Origin: an uncultured Candidatus Saccharibacteria bacterium
GTDB lineage: Bacteria > Patescibacteriota > UBA1384 > DTJR01
NCBI GenBank assembly: GCA_964487045.1
Contig: CAZAOT010000001.1
Coordinates: forward strand, 215,863 to 279,862
DNA length: 64,000 nt
Direction of reading: 5' to 3'
Below are positions 63,804 to 64,000 of this stretch, in pieces (the stretch's first letter is position 1; each line of letters begins with the position of its first letter). The notes beneath the pieces are model-generated. The model was not told where the DNA came from. It was given only the letters and a program-made list of their open reading frames with translations, and did no database searches. A program made the position numbers and the translations under genes.

Positions 63804-64000
63804 ACAAACAAATTATAGTTAAGTTTCTTTTAGCAATTATCATTATTGGACTACCTGCTCAATTTGCGAGCGCGGCGTCACTTAGTGATCTTCTGAGGCA
63901 ACGCGATCAGTTGAATCAAGATCTTAACAATGCTCAGTCGGCTGCCGATAATAAAGCCAAGGAAGCTAAGACACTTTCGACACAGATTAAGAGTTTGGAC
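63800..64000 (+). CDS. EnvC-like murein hydrolase activator / M23 peptidase, N-terminal part (3' end outside the window)
   Basis: Signal peptide plus a coiled coil, an ATGA overlap with ftsX, and AAGGAGG upstream. Confidence 0.55.
   Translation, partial: MNKQIIVKFLLAIIIIGLPAQFASAASLSDLLRQRDQLNQDLNNAQSAADNKAKEAKTLSTQIKSLD

Noticed and set aside
1-64000. CRISPR arrays or rRNA genes
   Set aside because: No regularly spaced direct repeats were seen, and no 16S/23S/5S-like sequence.

Overview
The window is an AT-rich, gene-dense bacterial backbone that looks like Patescibacteria/CPR, possibly Saccharibacteria-like. Supporting signs: compact overlapping housekeeping operons, a sortase, a short AlaRS lacking the C-terminal domain, free-standing LAGLIDADG homing-endonuclease genes, a 23S-IVS-type four-helix-bundle protein, and no outer-membrane machinery.

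Backbone genes recognised: ftsH (5'-partial), pcrA/uvrD, a G5+3D YabE-like protein, rsmA/ksgA, miaA, comM, pgeF, a UPF0104 flippase-like protein, sortase, secG, an OppA-like SBP, a GHMP-kinase-like protein, a SIS-domain protein, an RHH-fused sugar nucleotidyltransferase, glmS, an S1-domain protein, nrnA (DHH), a SpoU/TrmH methylase, an SLT transglycosylase, alaS, a sugar-phosphate isomerase, ftsA, ruvX, a GIY-YIG protein, mltG, mreBCD, PBP2, greA, serS, hpf, secA, a nucleotidyltransferase, a CapA-like protein, ftsE, ftsX and an EnvC-like start.

Seven tRNAs were found by hand-folding: Cys-GCA(-), Gly-GCC, Leu-CAG(-), Leu-GAG, Val-TAC, Phe-GAA and Leu-TAA. There are no rRNA genes and no CRISPR array.

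Four things stand out:
- About 11 visibly GC-rich gene cassettes sit in intergenic gaps. Most carry a near-consensus sigma70 promoter (TTGACA-17-TATAAT) and a GC-rich intrinsic terminator. Five of them lie next to tRNA genes, and four (D, F, J, K) lie next to copies of the repeated element.
- A ~250-350 nt element recurs five times, with conserved blocks, variable hairpin insertions and compensatory stem changes. Each of the four non-inverted copies sits just upstream of a promoter and gene.
- A family of 12-14 bp inverted-repeat pairs (CCCGTTAGAGA...TCTCTAACGGG) brackets short segments at four loci. One pair brackets exactly the GIY-YIG nuclease ORF. One lies in-frame inside the secA C-terminal tail. 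Two donate the stop codon of the upstream gene.
- Three LAGLIDADG homing-endonuclease genes abut tRNA genes. A 20-bp duplicate of the tRNA-Gly 3' end lies 122 bp downstream of tRNA-Gly.

The best candidates for an undescribed system are the TIR/GIY-YIG mini-element family, the repeated structured element, and the two-gene GC-rich island with a palindromic operator between tRNA-Cys and tRNA-Gly. Function cannot be assigned from sequence alone.
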